Shown: positions 9,401-19,165 of the stretch, piece by piece
Layout of the letters: every line of letters starts with the position of its first letter
Numbering within the stretch: position 1 is the first letter of the stretch
Source of the DNA: an uncultured Candidatus Berkelbacteria bacterium
Lineage (GTDB): Bacteria > Patescibacteriota > UBA1384 > UBA12157 > JAENIV01
Reading direction: 5' to 3'
Length of the DNA stretch: 64,000 nucleotides
NCBI GenBank assembly: GCA_963698075.1
Contig: OY969116.1
Location: forward strand, 798,131-862,130
Notes under the pieces: model-generated
Database searches by the model: none
Told to the model about the DNA's origin: nothing
What the model saw: only the letters and a program-made list of their open reading frames with translations
Translations under genes and position numbers: made by a program

Positions 9401-9646
9401 TTAGAGTACTTTTTCGATCTCTTTCTCGTCGAAACCAATAATCACCTGCCTGCCGGCAGGCAGGCCTTGACGCTCGATCACAATTACTGGCACACCCATT
9501 TGACCGGAAAGCTTGACCATTTCCTCGGCTTTCTTTTGGTCACGAGAAACATTAATATCCTCAAATGGTAGTTTTTTGGAGCTGAAATATTCTTTGGCCA
9601 TCTGGCAATTGGGGCAAGTCGGGGTAGTATAAATAGTGATTTTCAT
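9401..9646 (-). CDS. glutaredoxin-like (NrdH/thioredoxin-fold) protein
   Basis: CPNC active-site motif; 81 aa. Carries an in-frame GC palindrome encoding LPAGRQ. Confidence 0.7.
   Translation of the reverse strand: MKITIYTTPTCPNCQMAKEYFSSKKLPFEDINVSRDQKKAEEMVKLSGQMGVPVIVIERQGLPAGRQVIIGFDEKEIEKVL
9445..9464. repeat. perfect 20-bp GC-rich palindrome CCTGCCTGCCGGCAGGCAGG inside the glutaredoxin CDS
   Basis: In-frame; encodes LPAGRQ. Confidence 0.7.
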
Positions 9647-9725
9647 AATATTTTCAATTTCTAATTTTCAAAATTGAATCATTGAAAATTCAATGAAAAT
9701 TGAGAATTGATAATTGAAAATTAAA

Positions 9726-10065
9726 TTATTGGCTATTTTTATCGGCAAAGTCACCAATCAACGGCAGTTTATATCTTTCGCCATTGTAGGCTTTAACCAT
9801 CATCACCACAATCAAGACCACGTACAGCGGCCAGAGTAACCAACTAAAGAAGTTAATGACGGGGATAAAGCCCAAAACCAAGGTGATGATAAACCAGGCA
9901 ATCCCCAAAAATATCGATTGCAGCGCATGAAACTTAACGAACTTGTCTTTAGAAATCAAAAGAAAGACAAGCCCGACAATCCAAATGTAACAGAGCAACG
10001 CTGCTAATTTGGGGTCAATGCCCTCGGTGCCCCCATCGCCACCCCCTTGTTGTACTTCGGCCATA
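9726..10065 (-). CDS. small multi-TM membrane protein (DUF4870-like)
   Basis: Start placed at MAEVQQ because it has a perfect AAGGAGG RBS; hydrophobic core with a KFHALQSI motif. Confidence 0.45.
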
Positions 10066-10133
10066 AAAACCTCCTTTTTATACATTTTACCTATCCCCAT
10101 CATAACGAGGAAAGATTTATTTGTCAAACCCTT

Positions 10134-13100
10134 CTACTTTTCACAGGCGATATTGCGTTTGCCGACAATATTCGCCAATTTTTGAAGCATTAATTTATCG
10201 GCGGACACTTTAGTCTTGGTTTTAACTTCGCGAAAATTATCCACCGCATGCTTATGGGGGATTTTCAGCCACACCGGTAGTTCGCCAGGAAAACCCACGA
10301 GGACCTTTTTGATCTCCAGCAGCTTTTCTTTACCTACTCCATTGTTTAATGTGATCGTTAATTTTGGTTCCCCGCCTGCCGGCGAGGCAGGCCTTTTTTC
10401 GATTGTTTGTTGGACGGCCAATTCTTTAGCTTCCTCGGCAATAATTTTTAAGGCACCATCTTTGGTATTGGTTCTCCCTTCGACTAAAATAATGTTATCG
10501 ACTTGCCAAACAAAAGTGTCTTTTTTCAAGACTTTTGGAAAAACTAAGATCTCTGTTCGCGCCGAAGTATCTTCAACGGTGGCAAAAAGCATCGGTTCAT
10601 TAGAGCGAGTAATAATTTTGGAAATGGAGGTAATAATGCCGGCGACTTTGACTTTGGCGCCCGGCAAATTGCCGCTAATCTCTCCGATGGGGTTGGCAAA
10701 AGAAAGCAAGGTTTCCTCCATGCCTTTGAGGGGATGCTCGCTCACATACATGCCCAAGAGCTCTTTTTCCCAAGATAGTTTTTGTTTTTTCGTGGCGGGT
10801 TCAATCTTGATGAGTTCTAAACTCATAACTTGAATATCCGCTGTCCCAAAAAGTCCCATTTGGGCCGACGAGGTTTCTTTGCCTGACGAGCTCAAAAATT
10901 TCAAAATATTTTCCATACTGGCCAGAATTTCATTTCTTTCGCCAAACTTATCTAAAGCCCCAGCTTTAGTTAAAGCTTCAATGACTTTTTTGTTTAAATT
11001 TTTAGAGCCCAAACGTAAGAGAAAATCATCCAAATTTTTAAATAAGCCATTTTTTCTTTCTTCAACAATTGATTCTGCCACTCCCACCCCCACATTTTTA
11101 ATCGCCGCCAGGCCAAAGCGAATGTTTTGAGTGTCCCGGACAACCCCAAAATCAACAAAAGATTCATTAATATCTGGTGGCAAAACGGCGATTCCGAGGC
11201 GTTCGCATTCAGCAATCGCCACCGCGAGTTTTTCCAAATTGCTTTGCTCAGAGGTCATTAACGCTGCCATGTATTCGTAAGGATAATGAGTTTTCAAATA
11301 AGCGGTTTGGTAGGCAATTTTGGCGTAACAAGTAGCATGAGCGCGATTGAAACCGTATTCGGCGAAAGGCTCAATAAAGCGGAAAATTTTGGTGGCAATA
11401 GAGCGCGTCACCCCTTTTTTGACCGCCCCGGCAATGAATTTCATTTCCTGCTCCATTAAGAGTTTTTTGATTTTTTTGCCGACCGCCTTGCGTAAAATAT
11501 CGGCTTCACCTAAAGAAAAACCAGCAATCTCGCGGGCGATTTGGAGGACTTGTTCTTGATAAACAGCAATACCATAAGTTTCGGAGAGAATCGGCTCTAA
11601 TTTTGGATGTAGGTAGGTGACTTTTTTACGGCCGTGTTTGCCAGCAATATAGTCAGGGATAAGTTCCATTGGCCCGGGTCGGTAAAGCGATACCATGGCA
11701 ATAATATCTTCGAATTCAGAGGGCTTAAGTTCTTTGAGATACCTTTTCATGCCGTCAGATTCCAGCTGGAAAACACCGGTGGTCGCTGCCCGCGAAAGGA
11801 GGGCATAAGTTGGTTTGTCGTCTAATGGAAGGGTATCGATATCGACGTCGTGCGCGCGGGTTTTTCTCACGATCCGGATACAATTACCCATGATGGAAAG
11901 ATTCGCCAAACCCAGAATATCCATTTTAATTAGACCAATATCCTCGAGTTCGTTCATGGCATATTGGGTGATGATTTCATTGTTACCTCGAGGTGCAAAT
12001 TGCAAAGGCACATGGAGGACGAGCGGATCTCGGGAGATAACAATGCCGGCAGCGTGAGTTGAAGCGTGCCGCGCGACGCCTTCAAGACGCTGAGCCATAT
12101 CCAAGAGTCTTTTCACTTGTGTGTCTTTTTGGTAGAGATCTTTTAATTCATCAACCGCCTCAAGTGATTGGGCCAAGGTCAGGCCAAAAGGGATCAGTTT
12201 GGCAATTTTATCAACATCGGAATAACTCATTCCTAAGGCTCGGCCGGTATCGCGCACCGACCCGCGGGAAGCCATGGTGCCAAAAGTAATAATTTGGGCC
12301 ACATTTTCCGAACCGTATTTAGAAGAAATGTAGCGAAGGACTTCATCGCGCCGGTTATCGGCGAAATCGAGATCAATGTCCGGCGGGGCGATTCTTTCGG
12401 GATTTAAAAATCTTTCAAAGAGAAGGTTGTATTTGATCGGGTCAACATCGGTAATATTAAGGGCGTAGCTTACCAGAGACCCGGCGGCCGAACCTCGTCC
12501 CGGGCCAACCAAAATTCCATTGGTTTTGGCAAAGTTAACGTAATCGGCGACGATTAAAAGATAATCTTCAAAATGAGTTTTTTCGATTATCCCGAGCTCA
12601 AATTTGAGACGTTCTTTAAGCTCCGGGGCAACTTTGGGGTAGCGTTTTTTTAAACCCTCCCAAGCCAATCTTTCCAAAAAGGTTTTGGAGGTCTCGCCTG
12701 GGGGGAGGGAAAATTTAGGTAAAATCGGTTTGCCAAACTCAAGTTCTAAATTACACATTTTGGCAATCTTGGCGGTGTTGGCGACAATATCTTTGCCAAA
12801 TATTTTCGTCATTTCCTCCGGGGACCGCATTGATAGATTAGTCTCTTTTAAAGACATCCGTGTTTCATCATCAAAGTTTTTTCCTGTCTGAACGGCCAAT
12901 AAAACTTCATGTGGCTCGCGATCTTCGAGCTGAATATAATGTATGTCTGCCGTGCAAATAAGCGGAATTTTTAATTCTTCGCTTATCCTCCGAAGCCCTT
13001 TATTAACCTTGCTTTGTTCAGGCACTTCCGGATGGTCCTGGAGCTCTAAATAGAAATTGTCTTGGCCAAAAATTTCTTGATATTCTTTGGTGATCTTCAG

Positions 13101-13565
13101 AACTTTTTCCCAAGAAGAATTAATGATGGCTTGAGGAATCTCGCCAAAAAGACAAGCCGTCGAGGCAATTAAACCTTCAGAATGATTTCGTAATATTTCC
13201 TTATCAATTCTTGGTCGATAATAGTGACCGAGAAGATGGGCTTGGGTGATTAAATAAAGAAGATTTTGATAGCCGGTTTTGTTTTTGACTAATAAAATTA
13301 AATGGTAGGGATTAGCATCAATTTTCGGCTGTTTATCAGTCATTTGGCGCCGAGCGACATATGTTTCGACGCCAATAATGGGCTTGATGCCTTGGTTTTG
13401 ACATTCTTGATAAAAATCAATTACGCCATACATGGCGCCATGGTCAGTTAAAGCCAAAGCGTCCATGCCCAATTCCTTGGCGCGCGAAACCAGCTCGGGA
13501 ATTTTCCCGAGGCCGTCAAGAAGGGAATAATGAGAGTGGGTGTGTAAGTGGACAAAATTAGTCAT
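10134..13565 (-). CDS. dnaE: DNA polymerase III alpha subunit
   Basis: PHP N-terminus (HLHTHSHYSLLDG); 1143 aa with DnaE architecture. Confidence 0.95.
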   Translation of the reverse strand: MTNFVHLHTHSHYSLLDGLGKIPELVSRAKELGMDALALTDHGAMYGVIDFYQECQNQGIKPIIGVETYVARRQMTDKQPKIDANPYHLILLVKNKTGYQNLLYLITQAHLLGHYYRPRIDKEILRNHSEGLIASTACLFGEIPQAIINSSWEKVLKITKEYQEIFGQDNFYLELQDHPEVPEQSKVNKGLRRISEELKIPLICTADIHYIQLEDREPHEVLLAVQTGKNFDDETRMSLKETNLSMRSPEEMTKIFGKDIVANTAKIAKMCNLELEFGKPILPKFSLPPGETSKTFLERLAWEGLKKRYPKVAPELKERLKFELGIIEKTHFEDYLLIVADYVNFAKTNGILVGPGRGSAAGSLVSYALNITDVDPIKYNLLFERFLNPERIAPPDIDLDFADNRRDEVLRYISSKYGSENVAQIITFGTMASRGSVRDTGRALGMSYSDVDKIAKLIPFGLTLAQSLEAVDELKDLYQKDTQVKRLLDMAQRLEGVARHASTHAAGIVISRDPLVLHVPLQFAPRGNNEIITQYAMNELEDIGLIKMDILGLANLSIMGNCIRIVRKTRAHDVDIDTLPLDDKPTYALLSRAATTGVFQLESDGMKRYLKELKPSEFEDIIAMVSLYRPGPMELIPDYIAGKHGRKKVTYLHPKLEPILSETYGIAVYQEQVLQIAREIAGFSLGEADILRKAVGKKIKKLLMEQEMKFIAGAVKKGVTRSIATKIFRFIEPFAEYGFNRAHATCYAKIAYQTAYLKTHYPYEYMAALMTSEQSNLEKLAVAIAECERLGIAVLPPDINESFVDFGVVRDTQNIRFGLAAIKNVGVGVAESIVEERKNGLFKNLDDFLLRLGSKNLNKKVIEALTKAGALDKFGERNEILASMENILKFLSSSGKETSSAQMGLFGTADIQVMSLELIKIEPATKKQKLSWEKELLGMYVSEHPLKGMEETLLSFANPIGEISGNLPGAKVKVAGIITSISKIITRSNEPMLFATVEDTSARTEILVFPKVLKKDTFVWQVDNIILVEGRTNTKDGALKIIAEEAKELAVQQTIEKRPASPAGGEPKLTITLNNGVGKEKLLEIKKVLVGFPGELPVWLKIPHKHAVDNFREVKTKTKVSADKLMLQKLANIVGKRNIACEK
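10372..10392. repeat. palindromic element CCGCCTGCCGGCGAGGCAGGC inside dnaE
   Basis: Identical 21-mer at 61801-61821 in pcrA; in-frame, encodes PASPAGG. Confidence 0.7.
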
Positions 13566-13737
13566 CTTTTTGCGTTTTTATCTTAGCATAATCTTATTTA
13601 ATGTTAAAACTTAAATGGTAAATGTTAAAGCTTCAACTTCAATGAAAAAGTAAATCGCAATCTTGACATCCTTCCTGCTTTATGTTAATCTTTTATTGTT
13701 GTTTTAACTTTTGAGTTTTAAGCTTTGAGTTATTATC

Positions 13738-14010
13738 ATGGCTCACACAAAAGCTAAGGGAACCAGTAAATTAGGTAGAGATAGTCGTTCAAAACGCTTA
13801 GGCGTTAAAGTTTTCGGTGGTCAAAAAATCAATGCCGGTCAAATAATTATCCGCCAGCGCGGTTCTAAATATTATGCGGGGGCGGGAGTCGCTCGAGCGA
13901 ATGACGATACTTTATATGCCAAAAAAACAGGGGTGATACGCTTTGACAATCGTCTAAGCCGTCGTTTCAGCGGCCGACTGTCGGATAAAACCGTCGTTTC
14001 CGTGGCTTGA
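13738..14010 (+). CDS. rpmA: 50S ribosomal protein L27
   Basis: MAHTKAKGTSKLGRDSRSKRLGVK... L27 signature. Confidence 0.9.
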   Translation: MAHTKAKGTSKLGRDSRSKRLGVKVFGGQKINAGQIIIRQRGSKYYAGAGVARANDDTLYAKKTGVIRFDNRLSRRFSGRLSDKTVVSVA

Positions 14011-14035
14011 GATTTCAAGAAAGTCTGGTGATCTG

Positions 14036-14058
14036 CCTGTCGGCAGACAGGTTTTCTT
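14036..14058 (+). terminator. terminator hairpin after rpmA
   Basis: CCTGTC-ggca-GACAGG followed by TTTTCTT. Confidence 0.5.
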
Positions 14059-14258
14059 GAGGGCTCAAGCAGTACCTTGAACAACCGAATAGAGCTCCCA
14101 AATTCCTTGGCGAAGGGAGGGATGCGTATCGAAGAGGTCACCGTCTTCTCCGAGAGGAGACCGGCGACATCATTAGTTCTAGTGTGTCAAAGGCCTTCTC
14201 CACACAGCAAACCCCGCAAGCCCAGGGGCGATGGGCTAGTCACAGTCAGGAGAGGCAG

Positions 14259-14633
14259 ATGGAAGAAGGAGCCGATTCAGCCGAAGTGAGGCCAGTGTGC
14301 CTCATGGTTGTCTCCGACAATGGCAATGGCCAGAAGCGCGTAGGCAAGGAAGCCGAGCCAACGTGCTTCAGTCGCGTCGTCTTTCCCCTGGGGGTCAAAA
14401 TGCAGTTTTCGCCAAGCGCGATCCCCCAACCGATCCGTTGCTGGACTGGTTTGGATCCAAGCGATCCATGCCAGAAAGGAGATCTCGTCGTTCCCCCTGA
14501 AGGCAGCGGAGTCCTCGCTTTCTCAAGTGAGGTCTCCGTGAACGTCGGTGATGAGTTCTGGCGCCAGGGCATCAGGCTGATGCCAGCCGATATCCAGGCC
14601 GCCAAGGCCTCAGGGGTGCAGTTCATCGAGTGA
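14259..14633 (+). CDS. hypothetical protein in GC-rich island C (weak call)
   Basis: ATG with AGGAGAGG RBS; stop is immediately followed by a strong terminator. Overlapping ORFs exist on both strands of this GC-rich block, so coding status is uncertain. Confidence 0.2.
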   Translation: MEEGADSAEVRPVCLMVVSDNGNGQKRVGKEAEPTCFSRVVFPLGVKMQFSPSAIPQPIRCWTGLDPSDPCQKGDLVVPPEGSGVLAFSSEVSVNVGDEFWRQGIRLMPADIQAAKASGVQFIE

Positions 14634-14655
14634 TGGACGCGTCGATCAGTCGGAT

Positions 14656-14692
14656 GGGCCGTCCCCCTGCGGGGGGACGGCCCAGTTTTTTT
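14656..14692 (+). terminator. rho-independent terminator
   Basis: GGGCCGTCCCCC-tgcg-GGGGGACGGCCC, then TTTTTTT. Confidence 0.55.
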
Positions 14693-14743
14693 CTTCTAAA
14701 GCTTGAATAAACTTTAATTATATGATAAATTAAATCCGTTAAA

Positions 14744-15265
14744 ATGCTTTTACAAGATTTAACCCAACAATTTGGTAAGAAAAATATTCCGGAAATTCGA
14801 CCGGGAGATACTGTCCGCGTCTCTTTTAAAATTACTGAGGGTAGTAAAACTCGACTTCAGTCTTACGAAGGAATTTGTATTGCCAAAAAGCATGGGAACA
14901 GTTTGGATGGTAGCTTGACGTTGCGAAAGATTTCCGGCGGCATTGGTGTTGAAAGAAGTTTTCCTCTTCATTCCCCTTTAATCTCAAAAATTGAAAAAAT
15001 CAAATCTCGAAAAACTCGCCGCTCCAAACTTTATTTTATTAGAGATCTTGTTGGTAAAAAAGCCAAAAAAGCGCGCGAGCTCAAAGATTATAAAATGTGG
15101 GAAGAAGCTCTTTCTGAGGAAGAGATCGCTCAAATTGAGGAAGAAAAACATCAAGCGGCTCTCAGGAAAGAAGCTGCCAAAGAAAAAGAAAAAGCTGAAT
15201 TAGAAAAGAAATTTGAAGCCGCCGCCGCCGCCCACGAAGAAGTCAAATCCCAAGAAAAAAAGTAA
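14744..15265 (+). CDS. rplS: 50S ribosomal protein L19 with K/E-rich C-terminal extension
   Basis: PEIRPGDTVRVSFKITEG...GGIGVERSFPLHSP is the L19 core. Confidence 0.9.
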   Translation: MLLQDLTQQFGKKNIPEIRPGDTVRVSFKITEGSKTRLQSYEGICIAKKHGNSLDGSLTLRKISGGIGVERSFPLHSPLISKIEKIKSRKTRRSKLYFIRDLVGKKAKKARELKDYKMWEEALSEEEIAQIEEEKHQAALRKEAAKEKEKAELEKKFEAAAAAHEEVKSQEKK

Positions 15266-15276
15266 AATATATTCCT

Positions 15277-15621
15277 ATGAAAGATGCTCGGCAAGAGCTC
15301 GGCAACATAGGCGAAGATCAAGCACTCCAATATTTGAAAAACAAGGGTTATGTTTTAATCGGCCGCAATCTTCGTCTTTTTTGTGGCGAAATCGATCTTT
15401 TAATGCGGGATAAAAAGGATTTGGTAATTGTTGAAGTTAAAACCAAATCGAGCAAAGATTTTGGTTTGGCCGCCGATATGATAACATATAAAAAGAAAAG
15501 GAAACTTTTGCAACTTGCCAAAGCCTTGTGGCAAAAATTTCCTAAAAAAAAGATTAGAATCGATGTTGTCGCCCTTGATGAGGAAAAAATCGCCCACATT
15601 ATTTCTGCGGTAGAGGAATAA
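15277..15621 (+). CDS. YraN-family (UPF0102) endonuclease
   Basis: GEDQALQYLKNKGY...GEIDLLMRD...VIVEVKTK motifs. Confidence 0.8.
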   Translation: MKDARQELGNIGEDQALQYLKNKGYVLIGRNLRLFCGEIDLLMRDKKDLVIVEVKTKSSKDFGLAADMITYKKKRKLLQLAKALWQKFPKKKIRIDVVALDEEKIAHIISAVEE

Positions 15622-15639
15622 TTCGTAGGAAAAAATATT

Positions 15640-17097
15640 ATGGATGAAATTAGAACAAGAATCGCGCCTTCACCAACCGGCCCCTTGCATATTGGCACGG
15701 CCCACACATCTTTGTTTAATTGGCTTTTTGCGCGGCAAAAAGGGGGGAAGTTTATTTTAAGAATTGAAGACACCGACAAAACGCGTTCCAAGGACGAGTT
15801 TGTTGTTGATATTGTTGATGGCCTAACTTGGTTGGGCTTGGACTGGGACGAAGGTCCGGAAAGAAATGATGCTTATGGTCCTTATCGTCAGAGCCAGCGC
15901 CTCTCAATTTATAAAAAATACGCTGATGAGCTTCTTGGCGAAAAAAAGGCCTATTATTGTTATTGCACCGCTGAAGAATTAAAAAAGGAGCGCTCTGCCC
16001 AAGAAGCTAAAAAACAAGCACCAAAATATTCTGGTCGCTGCCGAAATCTTTCCCCGACCCAAATTGCTAAATGTCAAGCTGAGGGCCGTCGGCCATCGAT
16101 AAGATTTATTGTTGAACCTCAAAAAGTTAAATTTAAAGACTTAATCAAAGGCGAATTGGATTTTGACGCCGCTCTTTTTGGGGATTTCGTCATTTTAAAA
16201 TCCGATGGCGTACCCACTTTTATCTTTGCCGGGGTTATCGATGATTTTTTAATGAAGATTTCCCATGTGATTCGCGGCGAAGATCATCTTCCCAATACCC
16301 CGCGGCAAATTCTTCTCAGTCAAGCCCTCAATTTTACTATTCCCGAATATGGCCACCTGTCGCTTATTCTTAATCCTGATCGAACCAAGCTTTCCAAACG
16401 TAAAAATCCAACCTCTATCAAAAAAGATTTCCGCGCCCACGGATATTTACCCGAAGCCATGATTAATTTCCTTGCCTTAATGGGTTGGTCGCCTCACAGT
16501 GACTCCGCCAAAAAAGGAAACGAGATCTGGCCTCTAAGCGAGCTCGTTAACGAATTTAATTTAGCAGACGTTGGTTTGAGTCCTTCAATTTTTGACCAAA
16601 AGAAACTTGATTTTCTTAACGGGTATTATATACGCAAGATGACTGTCGGCGAATTAACCAAAGCCGCTGAACCTTTTCTACATTCCGCCGGACTCGATGA
16701 TGAGAAAGAGAAAATCTTGATCGCCCTTTCGCTTGTCCAGGAAAGAGTCAAGAAATTAGCGGAAATCCCCCAATTAATAGACTTCTTTTTCAAGCCCCCG
16801 ACTGATTTTAGTAACATTTTGGTTCAAGAAGGATCGACAAAAGAAAAGACAAAAGTCGCCCTTGAACAAGCCTTTAAATATTTAAGTCAAGAAGAAGATT
16901 TTGGCCGCGACTCTTTAGAGCAATTACTTCGGGCGGTGGCCCAAAAAAATAATCTGTCGGCTGGAGAAGTTCTTTGGCCGATAAGAGTCGCCCTAACTGG
17001 CAAAGAAGCCTCCCCTGGCGCCTTTGAAGTTTTGGAAGCCCTCGGTAAAGAAGAGAGTCTCGCGCGTATCCAAAAAGCCATCGATATGATAAGATAA
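15640..17097 (+). CDS. gltX: glutamyl-tRNA synthetase
   Basis: HIGTAHT (HIGH) and KLSKRK (KMSKS) class I motifs. Confidence 0.95.
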   Translation: MDEIRTRIAPSPTGPLHIGTAHTSLFNWLFARQKGGKFILRIEDTDKTRSKDEFVVDIVDGLTWLGLDWDEGPERNDAYGPYRQSQRLSIYKKYADELLGEKKAYYCYCTAEELKKERSAQEAKKQAPKYSGRCRNLSPTQIAKCQAEGRRPSIRFIVEPQKVKFKDLIKGELDFDAALFGDFVILKSDGVPTFIFAGVIDDFLMKISHVIRGEDHLPNTPRQILLSQALNFTIPEYGHLSLILNPDRTKLSKRKNPTSIKKDFRAHGYLPEAMINFLALMGWSPHSDSAKKGNEIWPLSELVNEFNLADVGLSPSIFDQKKLDFLNGYYIRKMTVGELTKAAEPFLHSAGLDDEKEKILIALSLVQERVKKLAEIPQLIDFFFKPPTDFSNILVQEGSTKEKTKVALEQAFKYLSQEEDFGRDSLEQLLRAVAQKNNLSAGEVLWPIRVALTGKEASPGAFEVLEALGKEESLARIQKAIDMIR

Positions 17098-17099
17098 AA

Positions 17100-18215
17100 T
17101 TGAAGAACATGCGAAAAATCAAGGTCTTAGAAATTATTGGTGACTCCACTCTAGCCGGGGCACCCCGACATCTTTTAAGTTTATTAGAGAATTTAAAGCC
17201 GAAAAAATTTTCTCTTTTTGTCATTTGTCCGCCTGGCCCCTTAGCGGGAGAGATTAGATCTTTGAAAAAAAACATTGATCTAGAAATCGTGCCGATGCAA
17301 TCTAAGTTGGATTTTTCAAGCATTTACGAAATTCGAGCCAATATTAAACATATCAAGCCCGACATCATTCATATTCATGGCACCCGAGCGGGTTCTGTTG
17401 GTAGGTTAGCCTCAATCAATTTAGGTTATCCGGTGATTTACACCGAACACCTTTGGACAAAGCATTACCGATTGCCCAGCCGGCTTAGTCACGGCTTGCA
17501 AATTGCCGGTCTCTGGTTTTTAGATATGTTTACGACTTTAAACATTGCTGTTTCTCAAGCGGTTAAAGATTTTATGGTTTCCAGCCAAATTTCAAGAGAC
17601 GAAAAAATTATTGTTGTCTATAATGCCACCGAAATTACTAAAAATAAAGCCAAGATTTTTTCCGGAAAAAATTTCCAATTGGGCACCGTCGGTACTTTAA
17701 ACTTTCAAAAGGGCATTCAATATCTTATCCAGGCCATGCCAAAAGTATTGAAGGAATTTCCGCAAACTCATTTAGAGATCGTCGGCGAAGGTAGCTATCG
17801 ACGAACCTTGGAGAAATTAACCACAAGACTGAAGCTGGGAGGAAAAATAATTTTCTCTGGATTCGTCAACGAAATTGATGATAAGATGAGAGAGTTTGAT
17901 GTCTATATCCAACCATCACTTTCGGAAAGTTTCGGCCTGGCAATTATTCAAGCGATGAATTTAGGCATTCCCATCGTCGCCACTAATGCCGGCGGTATTC
18001 CTGAGGTCGTCACGACCGGCAAAAGCGGCCTTTTGGTAGAACCAAGTAACCCCACGGCGTTGGCTGAAGCCATCATTAAGATTCTAAGAGATCCTAAGAG
18101 AGCCAAAGAAATGGGTGATTTGGCCAGAGAGGAAGTCAAAATTAAATTTAATCTGCCCGATATGATCAAAGAAATGGAGCAAATCTATGAGACGCTGGCT
18201 AAAAGTCGCCCTTAG
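17100..18215 (+). CDS. GT4-family glycosyltransferase
   Basis: C-terminal GT4 motif (SLSESFGLAIIQAMNLGIPIVATNAGGIPEVV). Confidence 0.85.
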   Translation: MKNMRKIKVLEIIGDSTLAGAPRHLLSLLENLKPKKFSLFVICPPGPLAGEIRSLKKNIDLEIVPMQSKLDFSSIYEIRANIKHIKPDIIHIHGTRAGSVGRLASINLGYPVIYTEHLWTKHYRLPSRLSHGLQIAGLWFLDMFTTLNIAVSQAVKDFMVSSQISRDEKIIVVYNATEITKNKAKIFSGKNFQLGTVGTLNFQKGIQYLIQAMPKVLKEFPQTHLEIVGEGSYRRTLEKLTTRLKLGGKIIFSGFVNEIDDKMREFDVYIQPSLSESFGLAIIQAMNLGIPIVATNAGGIPEVVTTGKSGLLVEPSNPTALAEAIIKILRDPKRAKEMGDLAREEVKIKFNLPDMIKEMEQIYETLAKSRP

Positions 18216-18987
18216 TCTTAATACCTTAAGAAAAACGCTTGGTTTTGGACAAATCTATGCCGCGACAAAATTCGATCTGAGCTTTCAAACTTTAGATAAA
18301 ATTCCTTTCAAAAATGTTTTGGTTCTCTCGCCTCACCCCGATGATGATGCCTTTGGGATGGGTGGTTTTATTAAAAAAATGACGACGACGGGCACAAAAG
18401 TGACGGTAGCCTATTTTTGTGACGGTTCAAGAGGCGTGCCCGAAGGACGGCCAGTGGGTGAGGAATTAGGCCTGCCCCGGAGGGATGAAAATTTAATTGC
18501 CATCCGGAACACTGAAGCTAAAAGATCAGGTGAAATCTTAGGAATTAGCGAATCAGTTTTTTGGAGTTACCCCGATGGCAAGCTGGCGTCAGGGACTTCG
18601 GCGATTCGAGCATTAACTGACTTGATTTCTCGTCTAAAACCTGAGATAATTTTTCTTCCTTCTTTTTTGGATAATCACGGCGATCATCGGGTCACCAACG
18701 AGATTTTTATCAATGCCGCCAAAACCTTAAAAGATGATTTTCCCATCTGGGCGTATGAGCTTTGGACACCGATTTTCATCAATCGTCTTGTCGATATATC
18801 ATTTTATATCAAGACCAAAACCGAGGCGATTTTGGCTCATGAGTCGCAAATGAAAAGTCGTCGCTATGATAAAGCCATTGTTGCCCTAAATCAATACCGG
18901 GCGGAAATTAACAATCAATCGGGCTTCGCCGAGGGTTTTTTCGCCGCCCCGCTCAAAATTTATCGCGAATTATATCGGAAAAGTTAA
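18187..18987 (+). CDS. PIG-L/LmbE-family N-acetylglucosaminyl deacetylase
   Basis: VLVLSPHPDDDAFGMGG motif. The start may lie somewhat downstream of 18187, because the ORF overlaps the upstream gene. Confidence 0.8.
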   Translation: MRRWLKVALSLNTLRKTLGFGQIYAATKFDLSFQTLDKIPFKNVLVLSPHPDDDAFGMGGFIKKMTTTGTKVTVAYFCDGSRGVPEGRPVGEELGLPRRDENLIAIRNTEAKRSGEILGISESVFWSYPDGKLASGTSAIRALTDLISRLKPEIIFLPSFLDNHGDHRVTNEIFINAAKTLKDDFPIWAYELWTPIFINRLVDISFYIKTKTEAILAHESQMKSRRYDKAIVALNQYRAEINNQSGFAEGFFAAPLKIYRELYRKS

Positions 18988-18991
18988 TATT

Positions 18992-19061
18992 GCGAGATAG
19001 TTTAATGGTAGAACACCAGGCTCTGGACCTGGTAATCCTGGTTCGAGTCCAGGTCTCGCAG
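18992..19061 (+). tRNA. tRNA-Gln(CTG)
   Basis: Cloverleaf with acceptor GCGAGAT/GTCTCGC, anticodon loop CT-CTG-GA and T-arm CCTGG-TTCGAGT-CCAGG. Ends are approximate (±2 nt). Confidence 0.75.
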
Positions 19062-19067
19062 CCAAAT

Positions 19068-19140
19068 GGCGTGTTCGTCTAGTGGTTAGGACGCAGGGTT
19101 CTCAGCCCTGTAACACGGGTCCGACTCCCGTACACGCTAT
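19068..19140 (+). tRNA. tRNA-Glu(CTC)
   Basis: Acceptor GGCGTGT/ACACGCT, anticodon loop TT-CTC-AG, D-arm TAGTGGTTAGGA. The T-loop (TCCGACT) is non-canonical. Confidence 0.7.
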
Positions 19141-19165
19141 ATCATCAGACATTAGAAATTATTTA

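Noticed and set aside
9650-9725. AT-rich aattgaaaatt repeats with CATTGA-aaat-TCAATG inverted repeat between two minus-strand genes.
   Set aside because: Short, low-complexity, and not clearly distinct from AT-rich intergenic background; noted only.
10216-10833. 205-aa ORF antisense within dnaE, plus other antisense ORFs inside long housekeeping genes.
   Set aside because: Fully embedded in a conserved, well-supported gene on the opposite strand; low-complexity S/L/P-rich translation.
14011-14700. tmRNA or RNase P RNA in island C, and tmRNA for the 59975 RNA.
   Set aside because: Hallmark motifs are not present: no T-arm GGTTCGANTCC plus CCA 3' end paired to a GGGG 5' end, and none of the RNase P P4 motifs (GGAAAGTCCGG / ACAGAANCCGGCTTA).
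19082-19165. N-terminal extension of the CcdA-like ORF (MVRTQGSQPCNTGPTPVH…).
   Set aside because: It overlaps tRNA-Glu; the start was moved to the downstream ATG at 19166.
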